Source of the DNA: a bacterium
GTDB taxonomy: Bacteria > UBA8248
Assembly (NCBI GenBank): GCA_965207065.1
Contig: OZ242260.1
Location: forward strand, 3,936,001-4,000,000
Direction: 5' to 3'
DNA length: 64,000 bases
The translations under genes were made by a program, and so were the position numbers. Each line of letters starts with the position of its first letter. The stretch's first letter is position 1. Of this stretch, positions 34,120 to 44,246 are shown piece by piece. The notes beneath the pieces are model-generated. The model worked only from the letters and a program-made list of their open reading frames with translations. It had not been told where the DNA came from and searched no databases.

Positions 34120-35892
34120 ATGGAGCGCCGACGCGCCCGTCTCGAAGCGCTCGCGCAGGTGACAGCACACGATTACGAGCTCGCCCTGAACTTCGGCCCG
34201 AAGGCGAAGAACGGCGATGACGCCATTCACGTCGAAGACCCCGAACAAACCCTGGCGCGCCTGGGCGGCGACCTGAACGACGAGCACGTCCTCAGGTTCC
34301 AGAAGGGCATGACGCTCATCGAGGTGGCCCACAAAATCCAGGGGACGTTCCGCTGGGCGGGCCGCGCCGCGCTCGCAAACCGCGAGAGACCGGGACTTTT
34401 CCACATATGGCACACGCTCGAGGACGCGCGGTGCGAAAACCGCCTCGCCGAATCGCTGCCCGGCACCAAGAAGAATTTCCGCGCCTTCATCCTCCCGGCC
34501 ATCGAGGCGGCAGAGCGCAACCACATGAGTGGACAACTGCCGCTGTTTCTTCAGATCCAGTGGGGGATCTACCTCGCCGGAATCGGGCAGACGCCCGGCG
34601 TCCCTTCCGCGCGCCCCGGGGATTTGCCCGCGGCCTGGTTCGATACCGCCGTCGTTCAGATTTTTCACAGGCTCATCCCGCTGGTAGACCGCGCCTGCGC
34701 CGCCGATGACCCCAAAACCGCCTTCGATTGCGCCAACGAGATTTACGACGCCATCCAGCGCTATCTCACCGAAGAGCAGCTCTCCCGGATGGGCGAGGAT
34801 CAGGACCTCTCTGAGGTTCCTGAAGAGATTCTGCAGAAAATCGAAAGCCAGAACCTGGAGGGCGACGATGATGAAGCCCTCGATATGCTTCACCCCGAAG
34901 CGGCCGAGGAAATCGACGAAGAAGACGTGGGCGAGCAGGTCGAGCTGAGTCCGGAGGAACTCGCGGCGCTCGGGCACTGGGCCGCTCCCTGGTTCGAACT
35001 CGAGGGGAACAAAAAGGAAATCCACCCCACCGCAGATCATCCCGACGAGAGAACCATCGTACTGCCGCCCGAGGGCAAGGCCGAAGAATACGCGGCCGTC
35101 ATCGACAATGCTGGGAGCCACATCAAGGTGCTGGTGTGGAAGCTCATGCAGATCATCCAGGAGAGAACCTACACACGCTTCAGCGGCTCGCACCGTTCGG
35201 GCAAGCTGAACCTCCCGAAACTGTGGAAGCAAAGGCTGGGAAAATTCCATCTCTTCCACCGAAAAGAAGAGCCCGACAAGCTCGACGTGTGCTTTACGCT
35301 GCTCGTGGACGAGAGCGGCAGTATGAACCGCGAGTCGAAGTACATGGCCGCCAGGGAGGCGACCATCTTCTTCGCCGAAGCGCTCGACCGCCTCGACGTA
35401 CCCTTCGAGGTCATCGGTTACTCCACCGAGAGTTCTGAAGCCGCCATGGCGGCGGCCCTGGGACACATCCCGGCGTTCAAGTTCCGCCACATCCGGCACT
35501 CGCCGCTCCAGCACCGCATATACAAGGGTTTCGAAGATCACTTCGCCCAGGTCAAGAACAGGCTCGTCAACATCTACCCGCGCTTCAACAACTGGGACGA
35601 GGAACACCTGCTCTTCGCCTACCGCAGGCTCATCCAGCGGCCCGAGGAGGAGAAGATCATCATCATCACCTCGGACGGCCAGCCCAACGGGGATGCGACC
35701 CACCTCGTGAACACGGTGAACCGGCTGCAGAAACTCGGCGTCCGCGTCATCGGCGTCGGCGTGGTGGACCCCTTCGTCGAGCAAATCTACCCCAACCACA
35801 TCGTGGTGCAGGACCTCTCCCAGCTTTCCACCGAACTCGTGAACATCCTGAGGCGAGAGTTGCTCGGCGGCCTGGAGAGCCGCACTTGGTAG
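34120..35892 (+). CDS. VWA-domain partner (NorD/CbbO/CobT-like)
   Basis: LEDARCE in the N-domain, acidic linker, SGKL, MIDAS DESGS and ITSDG.P. Confidence 0.88.
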   Translation: MERRRARLEALAQVTAHDYELALNFGPKAKNGDDAIHVEDPEQTLARLGGDLNDEHVLRFQKGMTLIEVAHKIQGTFRWAGRAALANRERPGLFHIWHTLEDARCENRLAESLPGTKKNFRAFILPAIEAAERNHMSGQLPLFLQIQWGIYLAGIGQTPGVPSARPGDLPAAWFDTAVVQIFHRLIPLVDRACAADDPKTAFDCANEIYDAIQRYLTEEQLSRMGEDQDLSEVPEEILQKIESQNLEGDDDEALDMLHPEAAEEIDEEDVGEQVELSPEELAALGHWAAPWFELEGNKKEIHPTADHPDERTIVLPPEGKAEEYAAVIDNAGSHIKVLVWKLMQIIQERTYTRFSGSHRSGKLNLPKLWKQRLGKFHLFHRKEEPDKLDVCFTLLVDESGSMNRESKYMAAREATIFFAEALDRLDVPFEVIGYSTESSEAAMAAALGHIPAFKFRHIRHSPLQHRIYKGFEDHFAQVKNRLVNIYPRFNNWDEEHLLFAYRRLIQRPEEEKIIIITSDGQPNGDATHLVNTVNRLQKLGVRVIGVGVVDPFVEQIYPNHIVVQDLSQLSTELVNILRRELLGGLESRTW

Positions 35893-36713
35893 CGGAAGAA
35901 GACATCGTCCGCTCCCTCGGGGTCGAACCGGGCCAGAGCGTCGCGGCGGTCGGCGGAGGCGGCAAAACAAGCCTGCTGACGGCGATCGCCAGGCAGTTTC
36001 ATGCGCAAACCGGAAAGCCTGCGATTCTCACGACGACAACGAAGATTTTCGCGCCCCTTCCCGAAGAAGGGCTCGGGCTCGCCCTGGGTGACGCCGAGAC
36101 CCTCTCAATCAACCTCAAGTCCTTTATGAACGCATGCGGCATATCCTGGTTCGCTCGCCGCCGCAAGGGGATAGCCCCGGTTCCGGGCCATGAGAGCGAG
36201 CAGCGAATGAAGCTGAGCGGTTTTATGCCTTCTGAAATCTCCCACTTCACGCTGGGTAATGCCCTCACACTCATCGAAGCGGACGGAGCCAGAAGACTGC
36301 CCATCAAGGCGCCGGGTCCCGATGAACCCGTATTGCCGGAGAATCTCGACATTGTATTGGGCGTCGTGGGGCTGGACGCGCTGGGCGCGCCTCTCAACGA
36401 GGCGCACGTCTTTCGTCCCGGGGCTCTCGCGCGGATCTGCGACCTTCAAATCGGTGAAGAAATAACGGCTGCGGCGATCGGGAGATTATGCGCGCATCCC
36501 GATGGTCTCTTTCACAAGGCAGAGGCCGACGCGTGCAAGTGGATCGTCGTGAACAAGGCCGATCTGGAGACCTCACTGGAAAAATTGCGAGAAATCGCAT
36601 ATATTGTATGGAAGTTGGCCGGTAAGCCTCATGGCCCGGCGGACGGCATCCTCTTCACGTCTTGTATGAACAACGAATGTGAAGTATTCATACGTATCAT
36701 ACAAGATGCGTAA
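35886..36713 (+). CDS. yqeC: Selenium cofactor biosynthesis protein YqeC
   Basis: VGGGGKTS, LTTTTKI, IEADGARRLPIKAP..DEPV and VVNKAD. Confidence 0.92.
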   Translation: MVAEEDIVRSLGVEPGQSVAAVGGGGKTSLLTAIARQFHAQTGKPAILTTTTKIFAPLPEEGLGLALGDAETLSINLKSFMNACGISWFARRRKGIAPVPGHESEQRMKLSGFMPSEISHFTLGNALTLIEADGARRLPIKAPGPDEPVLPENLDIVLGVVGLDALGAPLNEAHVFRPGALARICDLQIGEEITAAAIGRLCAHPDGLFHKAEADACKWIVVNKADLETSLEKLREIAYIVWKLAGKPHGPADGILFTSCMNNECEVFIRIIQDA

Positions 36714-36744
36714 TGACTGCAATTTCATGTAGGTGGAGCAAGGA

Positions 36745-37890
36745 ATGAGCAAGGACGTATTCAGGGAAATGGCGAAACTCAAGGAAGACGGCCAGAGCGG
36801 CGCGCTCGCCACGGTCGTTGCCCGCAAGGGTTCCGCGCCCATGAGCGGCGATGCGAAGATGCTCGTGCGCGAGGACGGCAGCACGGAGGGCACGGTCGGG
36901 GGCGGTTGTCTCGAGGCCGAAGTCTGGGAAACGGCCATGAGCGTCCTCGAGTCGGGCGAACCCGAAAAGCTCCGTTTCGACCTCACCCAACAGGAAGCCG
37001 AAGACAGCGGACACATCTGCGGCGGCGTGGTGGAGATACTCGTGGAACCCTTCCGGGCGTTCCAGGAAGAGTTGCTCGATGAGATCAACCGCATCAGAAC
37101 CGAGGGAGGCAGCGCGGCGCTGGCGACCATCGTTCAGCCGGGCGATATCGAGGCGCCGAATGCGGAGAGCAGAAAGATGCTCTTCAGGCGCGACGGCAGC
37201 GCCGTGGGCGAGATTCCCGACTATTCCACGGAAATCTGGGCCGAGAGCACCCAGATCATCCGAAACGGCAGTCCCACTCTCCTGCAGTTCAACACGGACG
37301 CAGCGCGCACCGGCGAAAAAAGACCCACGCTCGAGGGAGCGACCGAAATTTTTGTCGAACCCATATCCGGCCAGCCGCTCGTATATATCTTCGGCGGCGG
37401 GCATGTTTCTTTTTGCGTCGCGCAGGCGGCCTACCTTGCCGGTTTCCGGGTTTCGGTTGTCGAGGACAGGCCCTCGTTCGCCAACAAGGAGCGCTTCCCG
37501 ATGGCGGAATCGTTCTTCGTCGGGGAATTCCCTGAAATTTTCGAGAAAATTCAGGTCGACGAATCCGACTACATGGCCATCATCACCCGGGGCCACTCGA
37601 ACGACGAGGTCGTCCTCGAATGGGCGATGAAGACACCCGCGCGCTATATCGGGATGATTGGCTCCAAAAGCAAGGTGCTGCTCACCTATCGTCATCTTCA
37701 GGACAGGGGCTACGGCAGAGGCGAACTCATCGAGCGCGTCCATGCGCCCATCGGACTGGACATCGGCGCCGATACGCCGGGTGAAATCGGGGTCGCCATC
37801 GTCGCCGAACTCATCCGTCACCGCCGCAAGGGCGGCGCGCAGAGCGAGGGCGCAGGCAGCAAAAGGGTGCAACTCAAAAGAAAATCCTAA
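36745..37890 (+). CDS. xdhC: XdhC/CoxF molybdoenzyme maturation factor
   Basis: GSAP, GTVGGGCLE, ICGG, FGGGHV, YIGMIGS and APIGLDIGA.TP.EI. Confidence 0.93.
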   Translation: MSKDVFREMAKLKEDGQSGALATVVARKGSAPMSGDAKMLVREDGSTEGTVGGGCLEAEVWETAMSVLESGEPEKLRFDLTQQEAEDSGHICGGVVEILVEPFRAFQEELLDEINRIRTEGGSAALATIVQPGDIEAPNAESRKMLFRRDGSAVGEIPDYSTEIWAESTQIIRNGSPTLLQFNTDAARTGEKRPTLEGATEIFVEPISGQPLVYIFGGGHVSFCVAQAAYLAGFRVSVVEDRPSFANKERFPMAESFFVGEFPEIFEKIQVDESDYMAIITRGHSNDEVVLEWAMKTPARYIGMIGSKSKVLLTYRHLQDRGYGRGELIERVHAPIGLDIGADTPGEIGVAIVAELIRHRRKGGAQSEGAGSKRVQLKRKS

Positions 37891-37969
37891 AGTTTCTCGC
37901 CGCAAACGGCCCGTGCGAGGGGGCCGAATTCCTTAACACCCATGACCCGAAGCGAGCGCTTTCAGGACC

Positions 37970-38725
37970 ATGGGTTACCTCGGCAGGATCATCGGCGCAG
38001 CAATTGATTTCCTCATCCCCCCGAAATGCCTCTTGTGTTCGGCTTCCATGAAAATCGGCGATCCGCAGGCGATATGCACGCCATGCACGGATGCCTTCGA
38101 ACGCTTCGAGCCGCCCTGGTGTCCTCGTTGCGGCAATCCATTCGGCTCCCTGAGCACCCTCGCCCATTCACCGGCCCACGTCTGCGCGGAATGCCTGGAA
38201 AACGGGCATCACTACGACATGGCCCGCGCCATCGGCGCGTATGAGGACTCGCTGCGGGAATCGGTCCACCTCTTCAAGTTCCAGGGCTTCACGAAACTCG
38301 CGCGCGAGTTCGCTCCCCATCTCGCCAGGCTCGCGACGGACGAATTCGGCGTGGATGAAGAAGCCCGGAACGTGGTGGTGACGCACGTGCCCATCGACCC
38401 CGCCCGCTGGAAGACGAGAGGCTTCGATCAGGCGATGCTGCTCGCCCTCATGACGGCGGAATGCCTGGGCAAACCCCACGCGGACCTACTCGAGCGCGCG
38501 AAGGAGACCCGCTCGCAGACCGGCCTCTCCGCCAGGGAGCGGCGCCGGAACATGCGGGGCGTCTTCCGGATTCGACCCAAAGTAGCGCGCGAAAAGCTCA
38601 AGGCGGCCACGTGCATCCTGGTAGACGACGTCGTCACGACCGGATCGACCGCATCGGCCTGCGCCCGTGAACTCAAAAAAGCGGGCGCCGAAGCGGTGCA
38701 TCTGCTTACGATTTGCCGATCTTGA
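37970..38725 (+). CDS. comF: ComF-family protein
   Basis: Double Zn-ribbon, RGFDQA and LVDDVVTTGST. Confidence 0.92.
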   Translation: MGYLGRIIGAAIDFLIPPKCLLCSASMKIGDPQAICTPCTDAFERFEPPWCPRCGNPFGSLSTLAHSPAHVCAECLENGHHYDMARAIGAYEDSLRESVHLFKFQGFTKLAREFAPHLARLATDEFGVDEEARNVVVTHVPIDPARWKTRGFDQAMLLALMTAECLGKPHADLLERAKETRSQTGLSARERRRNMRGVFRIRPKVAREKLKAATCILVDDVVTTGSTASACARELKKAGAEAVHLLTICRS

Positions 38726-38786
38726 GGGCGGGCGCTTTGGCAGGGACAGGCCGCAATTTGCGCCCTACAAACAAATAAATTGTGGG

Positions 38787-38959
38787 ATTGTTGAAAAAAA
38801 CCTCCTTGATCGGAATTGACCACCGACGTCATTCCGGCTTTCGCCGGAATGACGAAGAAAAACGCACCGACTCATAAGGATAGGTCGCAACCTATCCCTA
38901 CAGCCATTCTCCCTGGCTCAATACCCTGACTCACACAATCAGGACTATTTCAACAACTC
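38787..38959. repeat. TTGTTGAAA/TTTCAACAA-bounded element carrying CGTC and GTAG-type REPs
   Basis: Inverted ends enclose the 38827 palindrome and a GGATAGGTCGCAACCTATCCCTAC variant. Confidence 0.6.
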
Positions 38960-39078
38960 AGTTGTCAACAATATTGTTGTCATTGAAGTTGTTATTTGGT
39001 TTGCGTAACGTAGAGGCTGGCCGCGATTTATGTCCTATATACTATATCATCTTTCGACAAGAGGTCTGCGTAATCCCC

Positions 39079-40107
39079 TCACCCATCCCCAACCATCCTC
39101 GCCGCCAGGATGAGCGCATCGACCATGCTGGAGGGGTCGGCAATACCTTGGCCTGCGATGGGGAATCCCGTTCCGTGCTCCACCGAAGTTCTGATGATGG
39201 GCAGTCCCAGCGTCACGTTCACGCCGCGAACGCTCGCCTGCCCCTGGGAGTCGAAGCGGAAACACATCAATTTGCCCGGAATATGGCCCTGATCGTGGTA
39301 CATCGCCACAACACCGCTGTAATACCCGCCGCGCAACTTGCCGAAAATCGTATCCGGCGGCTCGGGGCCGTGCGCGTCGACGCCCATCTCCCGTAAATCT
39401 GCGACCGCAGGCGCAATTTCCTCCACCTCTTCCCTGCCGAACAAACCGCCCTCGCCCGCATGGGGATTGAGGCCCGCAAGGCCGATTCTGGGCGTTTTGC
39501 GATCAAGCCGACGCAGGGCGTCGTCCAGTACGCGCGCCACGTAAACGATTCTCTTTCTCTTGACGCGCCTGAGAGCAACTCGCAAGGGACAGTGGGTGGA
39601 GAGGTGCGCAATGCGTAACTTTCGGTGCGCCAGCATCATGACGGGCTGCCCCTCCCCGCACAGATCGGCGAGCATTTCAGTATGACCGGGGTAGTCATAA
39701 CCCCCGGCTTGCAGGGATTCCTTGTTGATCGGCGCAGTGGCTATGGCGTCCACCTTGCCTATGCGCGCCATCGAGACGGCCTTTTCGATGTACCGGCCCG
39801 CCGCCACGCCCAATTCGGGGAGGACCTTTCCGAAAACGCGGTGCTCGGAGGCCACGTTTTTGAGATCGATCACGGGCGTAATCTCAGTGTCCCTATCTTG
39901 TGCGAGCTTTGCCTCGTCCGCCACCCGTTTCAGACGCGCCGGAATCTTCATCCTTCGGGCGTGTTTCCTGAGCACGGCCATATCGCCCACGATGAGTGGC
40001 GCACATTTTTTCTGAACGCTCGCCTCCTGTGCGGCTTTGAGGCATACCTCGGGCCCCACCCCAGCCGGGTCTCCCATGGTCATCGCGATTACAGGTCTTC
40101 GTTTCAA
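39079..40107 (-). CDS. pdxA: 4-hydroxythreonine-4-phosphate dehydrogenase (PdxA or PdxA2)
   Basis: MGDPAGVGPE, PGHTE, GLNPHAGE, MYHDQG and NVTLGLP. Confidence 0.93.
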   Translation of the reverse strand: MKRRPVIAMTMGDPAGVGPEVCLKAAQEASVQKKCAPLIVGDMAVLRKHARRMKIPARLKRVADEAKLAQDRDTEITPVIDLKNVASEHRVFGKVLPELGVAAGRYIEKAVSMARIGKVDAIATAPINKESLQAGGYDYPGHTEMLADLCGEGQPVMMLAHRKLRIAHLSTHCPLRVALRRVKRKRIVYVARVLDDALRRLDRKTPRIGLAGLNPHAGEGGLFGREEVEEIAPAVADLREMGVDAHGPEPPDTIFGKLRGGYYSGVVAMYHDQGHIPGKLMCFRFDSQGQASVRGVNVTLGLPIIRTSVEHGTGFPIAGQGIADPSSMVDALILAARMVGDG

Positions 40108-40290
40108 CGCGGCTCCCTTTTTTTCTCAGCGCGCCATGTGCGGATATCTCTTCGCGTTCAGGCAAATCCGAGCATATCACTTAGAGCAGGTTATCGTATT
40201 CCCGCATCATCGATTCCCGGAATATTTCACCTGGAACTCTTGACTTGGGCCTTATGCGGCGCGGAAGATGGCTCCATTAAATGAAAGAAT

Positions 40291-40827
40291 ATGCAACTAT
40301 CACCGAGAGGAATTTCCTTGAGCGAAAAGGGCGCAAGCGCAGGCAAAACAGTCCGGAAACTTCATGAACTCGGATTCACGCACGTTCTCATGATCCCGGA
40401 CAGTGAGAGTCGCCTCCTATACGAAGCACTGGATAACGACACCAAAATCGACCTGATCACCCCCTGCCGGGAGGGAGAATCCGTCGCCATCGCGGCCGGG
40501 CTCTGGACGGGCGGCCTCAAGCCGTTGCTCGTGATTCAGAACACGGGACTGATGGAAGCGGGAGATTCCCTGAGAGGCTGCGGCGTCGGCCCCAATGTGC
40601 CCTTGCGCATGATGGTCGGTTGGCGGGGGTACGGCGGCGCCATGGCCGGTAAGCTGCCGATCGACTCGGCCTATACCTACACGGAACCGCTGCTTCAGGC
40701 GTGGAGAATCCCGACCTGGCACCTCATGTCGGACGATGATCTAGGAACGCTCAAAATGATGGACCAGACGGCGGCGGAAACTTCTTATCCGGCGGCCGTC
40801 ATCACCGGCTACGGGTTCAAACCTTAG
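40291..40827 (+). CDS. TPP-dependent decarboxylase alpha subunit (ComD / phosphonopyruvate decarboxylase-like); start may be TTG 40318
   Basis: IPDS, REGESVAIAAG and IQNTG. Confidence 0.8.
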   Translation: MQLSPRGISLSEKGASAGKTVRKLHELGFTHVLMIPDSESRLLYEALDNDTKIDLITPCREGESVAIAAGLWTGGLKPLLVIQNTGLMEAGDSLRGCGVGPNVPLRMMVGWRGYGGAMAGKLPIDSAYTYTEPLLQAWRIPTWHLMSDDDLGTLKMMDQTAAETSYPAAVITGYGFKP

Positions 40828-40841
40828 AAGGCGGACCACCC

Positions 40842-41429
40842 TTGATAGAACGCATGGAACTGTTCCAGGCAGTGGCGGAGCAAAGAACAAACGAGATTGT
40901 GGTCATGACCATGACGGCCACGCTTCAATGGCCGCTGGTCTCAGAGAGTGATCTCGATTTCGATTTTCTCGCCTTCGGCATGGGGCACGCCGCCGATTTC
41001 GGCTTAGGCCTCGCCATCGCCCGGCCCGAGCGAAAAACCATCGTCTGGAAAGGCGACGGGGGTATGCTGATGAGCCTGGGCTCGCTGGTGACGCTGGCCA
41101 AGTATGCGCCCGAAAACATGGTGGTCTTCCTGCTCGAGAACAGGAGCTACGAGATGGTGGGCGGGCAGGAGCTTCCCCCGCGGGCCGATTTCATCGAACT
41201 GGCGCGCGCCTCAGGCTTTGAGGGCGGCGGCGCGTCGTCCAAAGGCAAGGTGGAGCGCATAGATTCACTCGAAGCGTTTCAGGAAGCCCTGCCCCGCATA
41301 CTTACCGAAGCGGGCCCTCATTTCATCGTTTTGCCGGTCACGAACAGAGAAAAACTACCGCCGGTGAACCATTCGGATCATGCAGGGAGAATCCAGACTT
41401 TAAGAAAGGCGCTGAACGTCTCTGAATAG
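40842..41429 (+). CDS. TPP-dependent decarboxylase beta subunit (ComE-like)
   Basis: GDGGMLMSLGSL...ENRSY TPP-binding motif. Confidence 0.82.
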   Translation: MIERMELFQAVAEQRTNEIVVMTMTATLQWPLVSESDLDFDFLAFGMGHAADFGLGLAIARPERKTIVWKGDGGMLMSLGSLVTLAKYAPENMVVFLLENRSYEMVGGQELPPRADFIELARASGFEGGGASSKGKVERIDSLEAFQEALPRILTEAGPHFIVLPVTNREKLPPVNHSDHAGRIQTLRKALNVSE

Positions 41430-41440
41430 ACCAAGGACCT

Positions 41441-42130
41441 TTATCTGTATACCAGCACGCTCTCCAGTTCATCGAGCGAGGTGATTTCCGCGTTGATTTC
41501 GTGCGGGACGCGTTCTTTTTTCTGCCCGAACCGATTCACCCATACGACGCGGTATCCGAAATGAGAGGCGCCCGCGATATCCCAGCCGTTGGACGAGAAA
41601 AAGCAGATTCTATTCGCAGGAACGCCGAGCCGATCCACTGCAAGTTGATAGACCGATGCGTGCACCTTGAATATCCCCACGCTCTCCACGGATAAAATCT
41701 CTTCCAGATATTCCTCGATTCCGGCGTTCTTTACCGCGCTGTCAAGCATTTCAGGAGAGCCGTTCGAGAGAATCGCGGCCCGCGCGCCGTCTGCACGCAA
41801 CTTCGAGAGCACGCCTTTCACCTCGGGATACGCACTCAGTTGCTTGTAGAGCATCATGAGATCTTCGCGAAGGTCCTGATTCTCCATCCCCAGCGTATCC
41901 ATGGCGAAATCGAGCGCATCGCCCGTTACCTGCCAGAAATCCGCGTGAGAGCCCATCAGGCTTCTCAGCCAGGTGTATTCAATCTGCTTGGTCCGCCAGA
42001 GCGAGGAGAGCGCCTGCCACTGATCGCCGATTTCTGATTGTTTTTTCGCCGCCGCCGCGGTCACGTCGAACAGCGTGCCGTAGGCATCGAACAGACACAG
42101 GTCGATTTCATGATCACCCAGCCGGAGCAT
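41441..42130 (-). CDS. Haloacid dehalogenase type II
   Basis: FDAYGTLFDV, WRTKQIEYTW, LSNG and SSNGWDIAGA. Confidence 0.92.
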   Translation of the reverse strand: MLRLGDHEIDLCLFDAYGTLFDVTAAAAKKQSEIGDQWQALSSLWRTKQIEYTWLRSLMGSHADFWQVTGDALDFAMDTLGMENQDLREDLMMLYKQLSAYPEVKGVLSKLRADGARAAILSNGSPEMLDSAVKNAGIEEYLEEILSVESVGIFKVHASVYQLAVDRLGVPANRICFFSSNGWDIAGASHFGYRVVWVNRFGQKKERVPHEINAEITSLDELESVLVYR

Positions 42131-42165
42131 ATCTCTTTTCACCTCCTCAAAATGCGATTGTTCTC

Positions 42166-43140
42166 TTAGGGAGTCAAATTTATCTTGCCCAGGAATTTTC
42201 CGCTCAGAAGGACCTCATGCGATTCATTCGCCTGCTCCAGCGGAAGCTCCCGTCCGATATGAGGCTTGATGGCTCCACTCTCCAGCAAAGGCTCCAGACG
42301 CTTCAGGATACCCGGAACGAGAGGATTCAGATTGCCTGATGAGAGCGCCAGAATCCTGGCGTCCCGGCCCATGGCCGCAGGCAGCGGGATCGTCACCTCC
42401 GGCCCTTTGCCGGTTCCCGTTCCGACGACGACGATTCGGCCGTTGATGGCGTTGAGCTTGAGGTCCGAACCCAGATTGTCACAACCAACTGTTTCGACGA
42501 CGACATCGACGCCTCTACCGTTCGTTAGATCCATCATGCGTTCAGGCACGTCTGCTTCCCTGTAGTTAATGGCCGCTTCGGCGCCCGCCGCAAGGCAAAA
42601 ATCCGCCTTTTCCTTTGAACTTACGGTCGTGAACACCCGGCAGCCTATCGTGCGGGCAAGCTGGATGGAGAGATACCCCACGCCACCGGCTCCCCCCTGC
42701 ACAAGCACGCAATCGCCCGGAGCCGCTTCCCCCTTCACGACCAGGGCGTTCCAGGCAGTAAGGAGCGGGATGGGCAGTGCGGCCCCTTCCGCAAAGGAGG
42801 TCGAATCCGGCAACTTGCCCGTCGAGTCTGCGGGCAGCAGTCCTTTTTCGGCATACGCCCCGGTGGAGGCGCGGCCCCACACCCGGTCCCCCGGCGCAAA
42901 CGCCTCGACACCATCGCCAATCGCCTCCACTTCGCCGGCGACGTCCGTCCCACACGTATAGGGCAGCGTCATCGCCCTTGCGCGCGGATGATTCCCCGAG
43001 CGGATGGCGACTTCCAGGGGGTTCACTCCCGCAGCCGCAATTCGCACCAGCATCTCGCCCGGCCCGGGCTTCGGCTCCGCCACCTCCTCCAGCTCCATGG
43101 GGTGCTCGAGCCCGAACCGCGTCACTCGTACAGCTTTCAT
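42166..43140 (-). CDS. NADPH:quinone oxidoreductase (MDR family)
   Basis: AAGVNP, GAYAE and QGGAGGVG. Confidence 0.9.
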   Translation of the reverse strand: MKAVRVTRFGLEHPMELEEVAEPKPGPGEMLVRIAAAGVNPLEVAIRSGNHPRARAMTLPYTCGTDVAGEVEAIGDGVEAFAPGDRVWGRASTGAYAEKGLLPADSTGKLPDSTSFAEGAALPIPLLTAWNALVVKGEAAPGDCVLVQGGAGGVGYLSIQLARTIGCRVFTTVSSKEKADFCLAAGAEAAINYREADVPERMMDLTNGRGVDVVVETVGCDNLGSDLKLNAINGRIVVVGTGTGKGPEVTIPLPAAMGRDARILALSSGNLNPLVPGILKRLEPLLESGAIKPHIGRELPLEQANESHEVLLSGKFLGKINLTP

Positions 43141-43170
43141 CGTATTCTCCTTTTGCGCCTCGTCTCTCGG

Positions 43171-44145
43171 CTACGGGACCAGAACGACCTTGCCCAGGAA
43201 CTGACCCTCCAGCACGTAATCGTGCGCTTCGTTTGCATCCTCGAAACTCGACGCCTTATCGACGTTGACCCGGAACGCGCCCTCTCGCAGCAGGGGCGTG
43301 AAACGGCGCACCAGCTCCGGCATTTTCGGGAACAGATTCACCACGGCCAGCCCCAGCACCACGGCGTCTTTCGTCATGACCGCAGGCACCCGGAATTCCG
43401 CGCCCGGGCCTTTGCCCGTGCCTGTGCCGATGACGATGATTTTCCCGTCCACGCGGATGGCGTCCAAATCCTTGTCGAAGTTATCGCAGGCGCAAAGCTC
43501 GACGACGACGTCGACGCCGCGCCCGCCGGTGAGCTCCATGCAACGCTCGGCGAAATCCTCCTCGCGGTAGTTGATCGTCTCGTCAGCGCCCATCTCCTTG
43601 CAGAATTTCGCCTTCGCATCGGAACTCACCGTTGCGAAAACGCGGCAACCCAGCCGCTTGGCGAGTTGAACCGCCGCCATACCCACGCCACCGGCGCCGC
43701 CCTGCACCAGCACCGTCTCGCCGGGGCCCGCCTGCGCCTTGATGACGAGCGCGTTCCACGCCGTATAGAACGCCACCGTGATGCACGCCCCTTCCTCATA
43801 GGAGTAGGCTTCGGGCAACTCGGCCATCGCGCCTGCCACGAGCCGCACGTTTTCTGAGTAGCCTCCGCCCATGGCGCGGCCATACACCCGCTGCCCGATC
43901 CGCCAGCCTTCCACGCCATCGCCCAGGGCGATGATTTCTCCGGCCGCCTCCGCGCCCGGAATATAAGGGGGCGTCACCAGCTTGGCGTAAGGGTGCTTGG
44001 CGGCCCGTATCGCCAGGTCGACCGGGTTCACGCCGACTGCGCCGGCTTTTATCAACACCTCGCCGGTTTCCGGCTTCGCGTCCTCCACTTCGTCCACCCG
44101 CATGGGGACATCCATGTTGAATTGATGTACGCGCACAGCTTTCAT
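43171..44145 (-). CDS. NADPH:quinone oxidoreductase (tandem paralog)
   Basis: Same motifs; both paralogs share GTGTGKGP. Confidence 0.9.
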   Translation of the reverse strand: MKAVRVHQFNMDVPMRVDEVEDAKPETGEVLIKAGAVGVNPVDLAIRAAKHPYAKLVTPPYIPGAEAAGEIIALGDGVEGWRIGQRVYGRAMGGGYSENVRLVAGAMAELPEAYSYEEGACITVAFYTAWNALVIKAQAGPGETVLVQGGAGGVGMAAVQLAKRLGCRVFATVSSDAKAKFCKEMGADETINYREEDFAERCMELTGGRGVDVVVELCACDNFDKDLDAIRVDGKIIVIGTGTGKGPGAEFRVPAVMTKDAVVLGLAVVNLFPKMPELVRRFTPLLREGAFRVNVDKASSFEDANEAHDYVLEGQFLGKVVLVP

Positions 44146-44246
44146 CAGAATTTTCACCCCTTAGTTGTGAGTAATAGTCCGAAAGTTATCGAACGAAATA
44201 AGAAATCCGCCTCTTGTCTCATCACATTACGACGAACGAGAAATCC

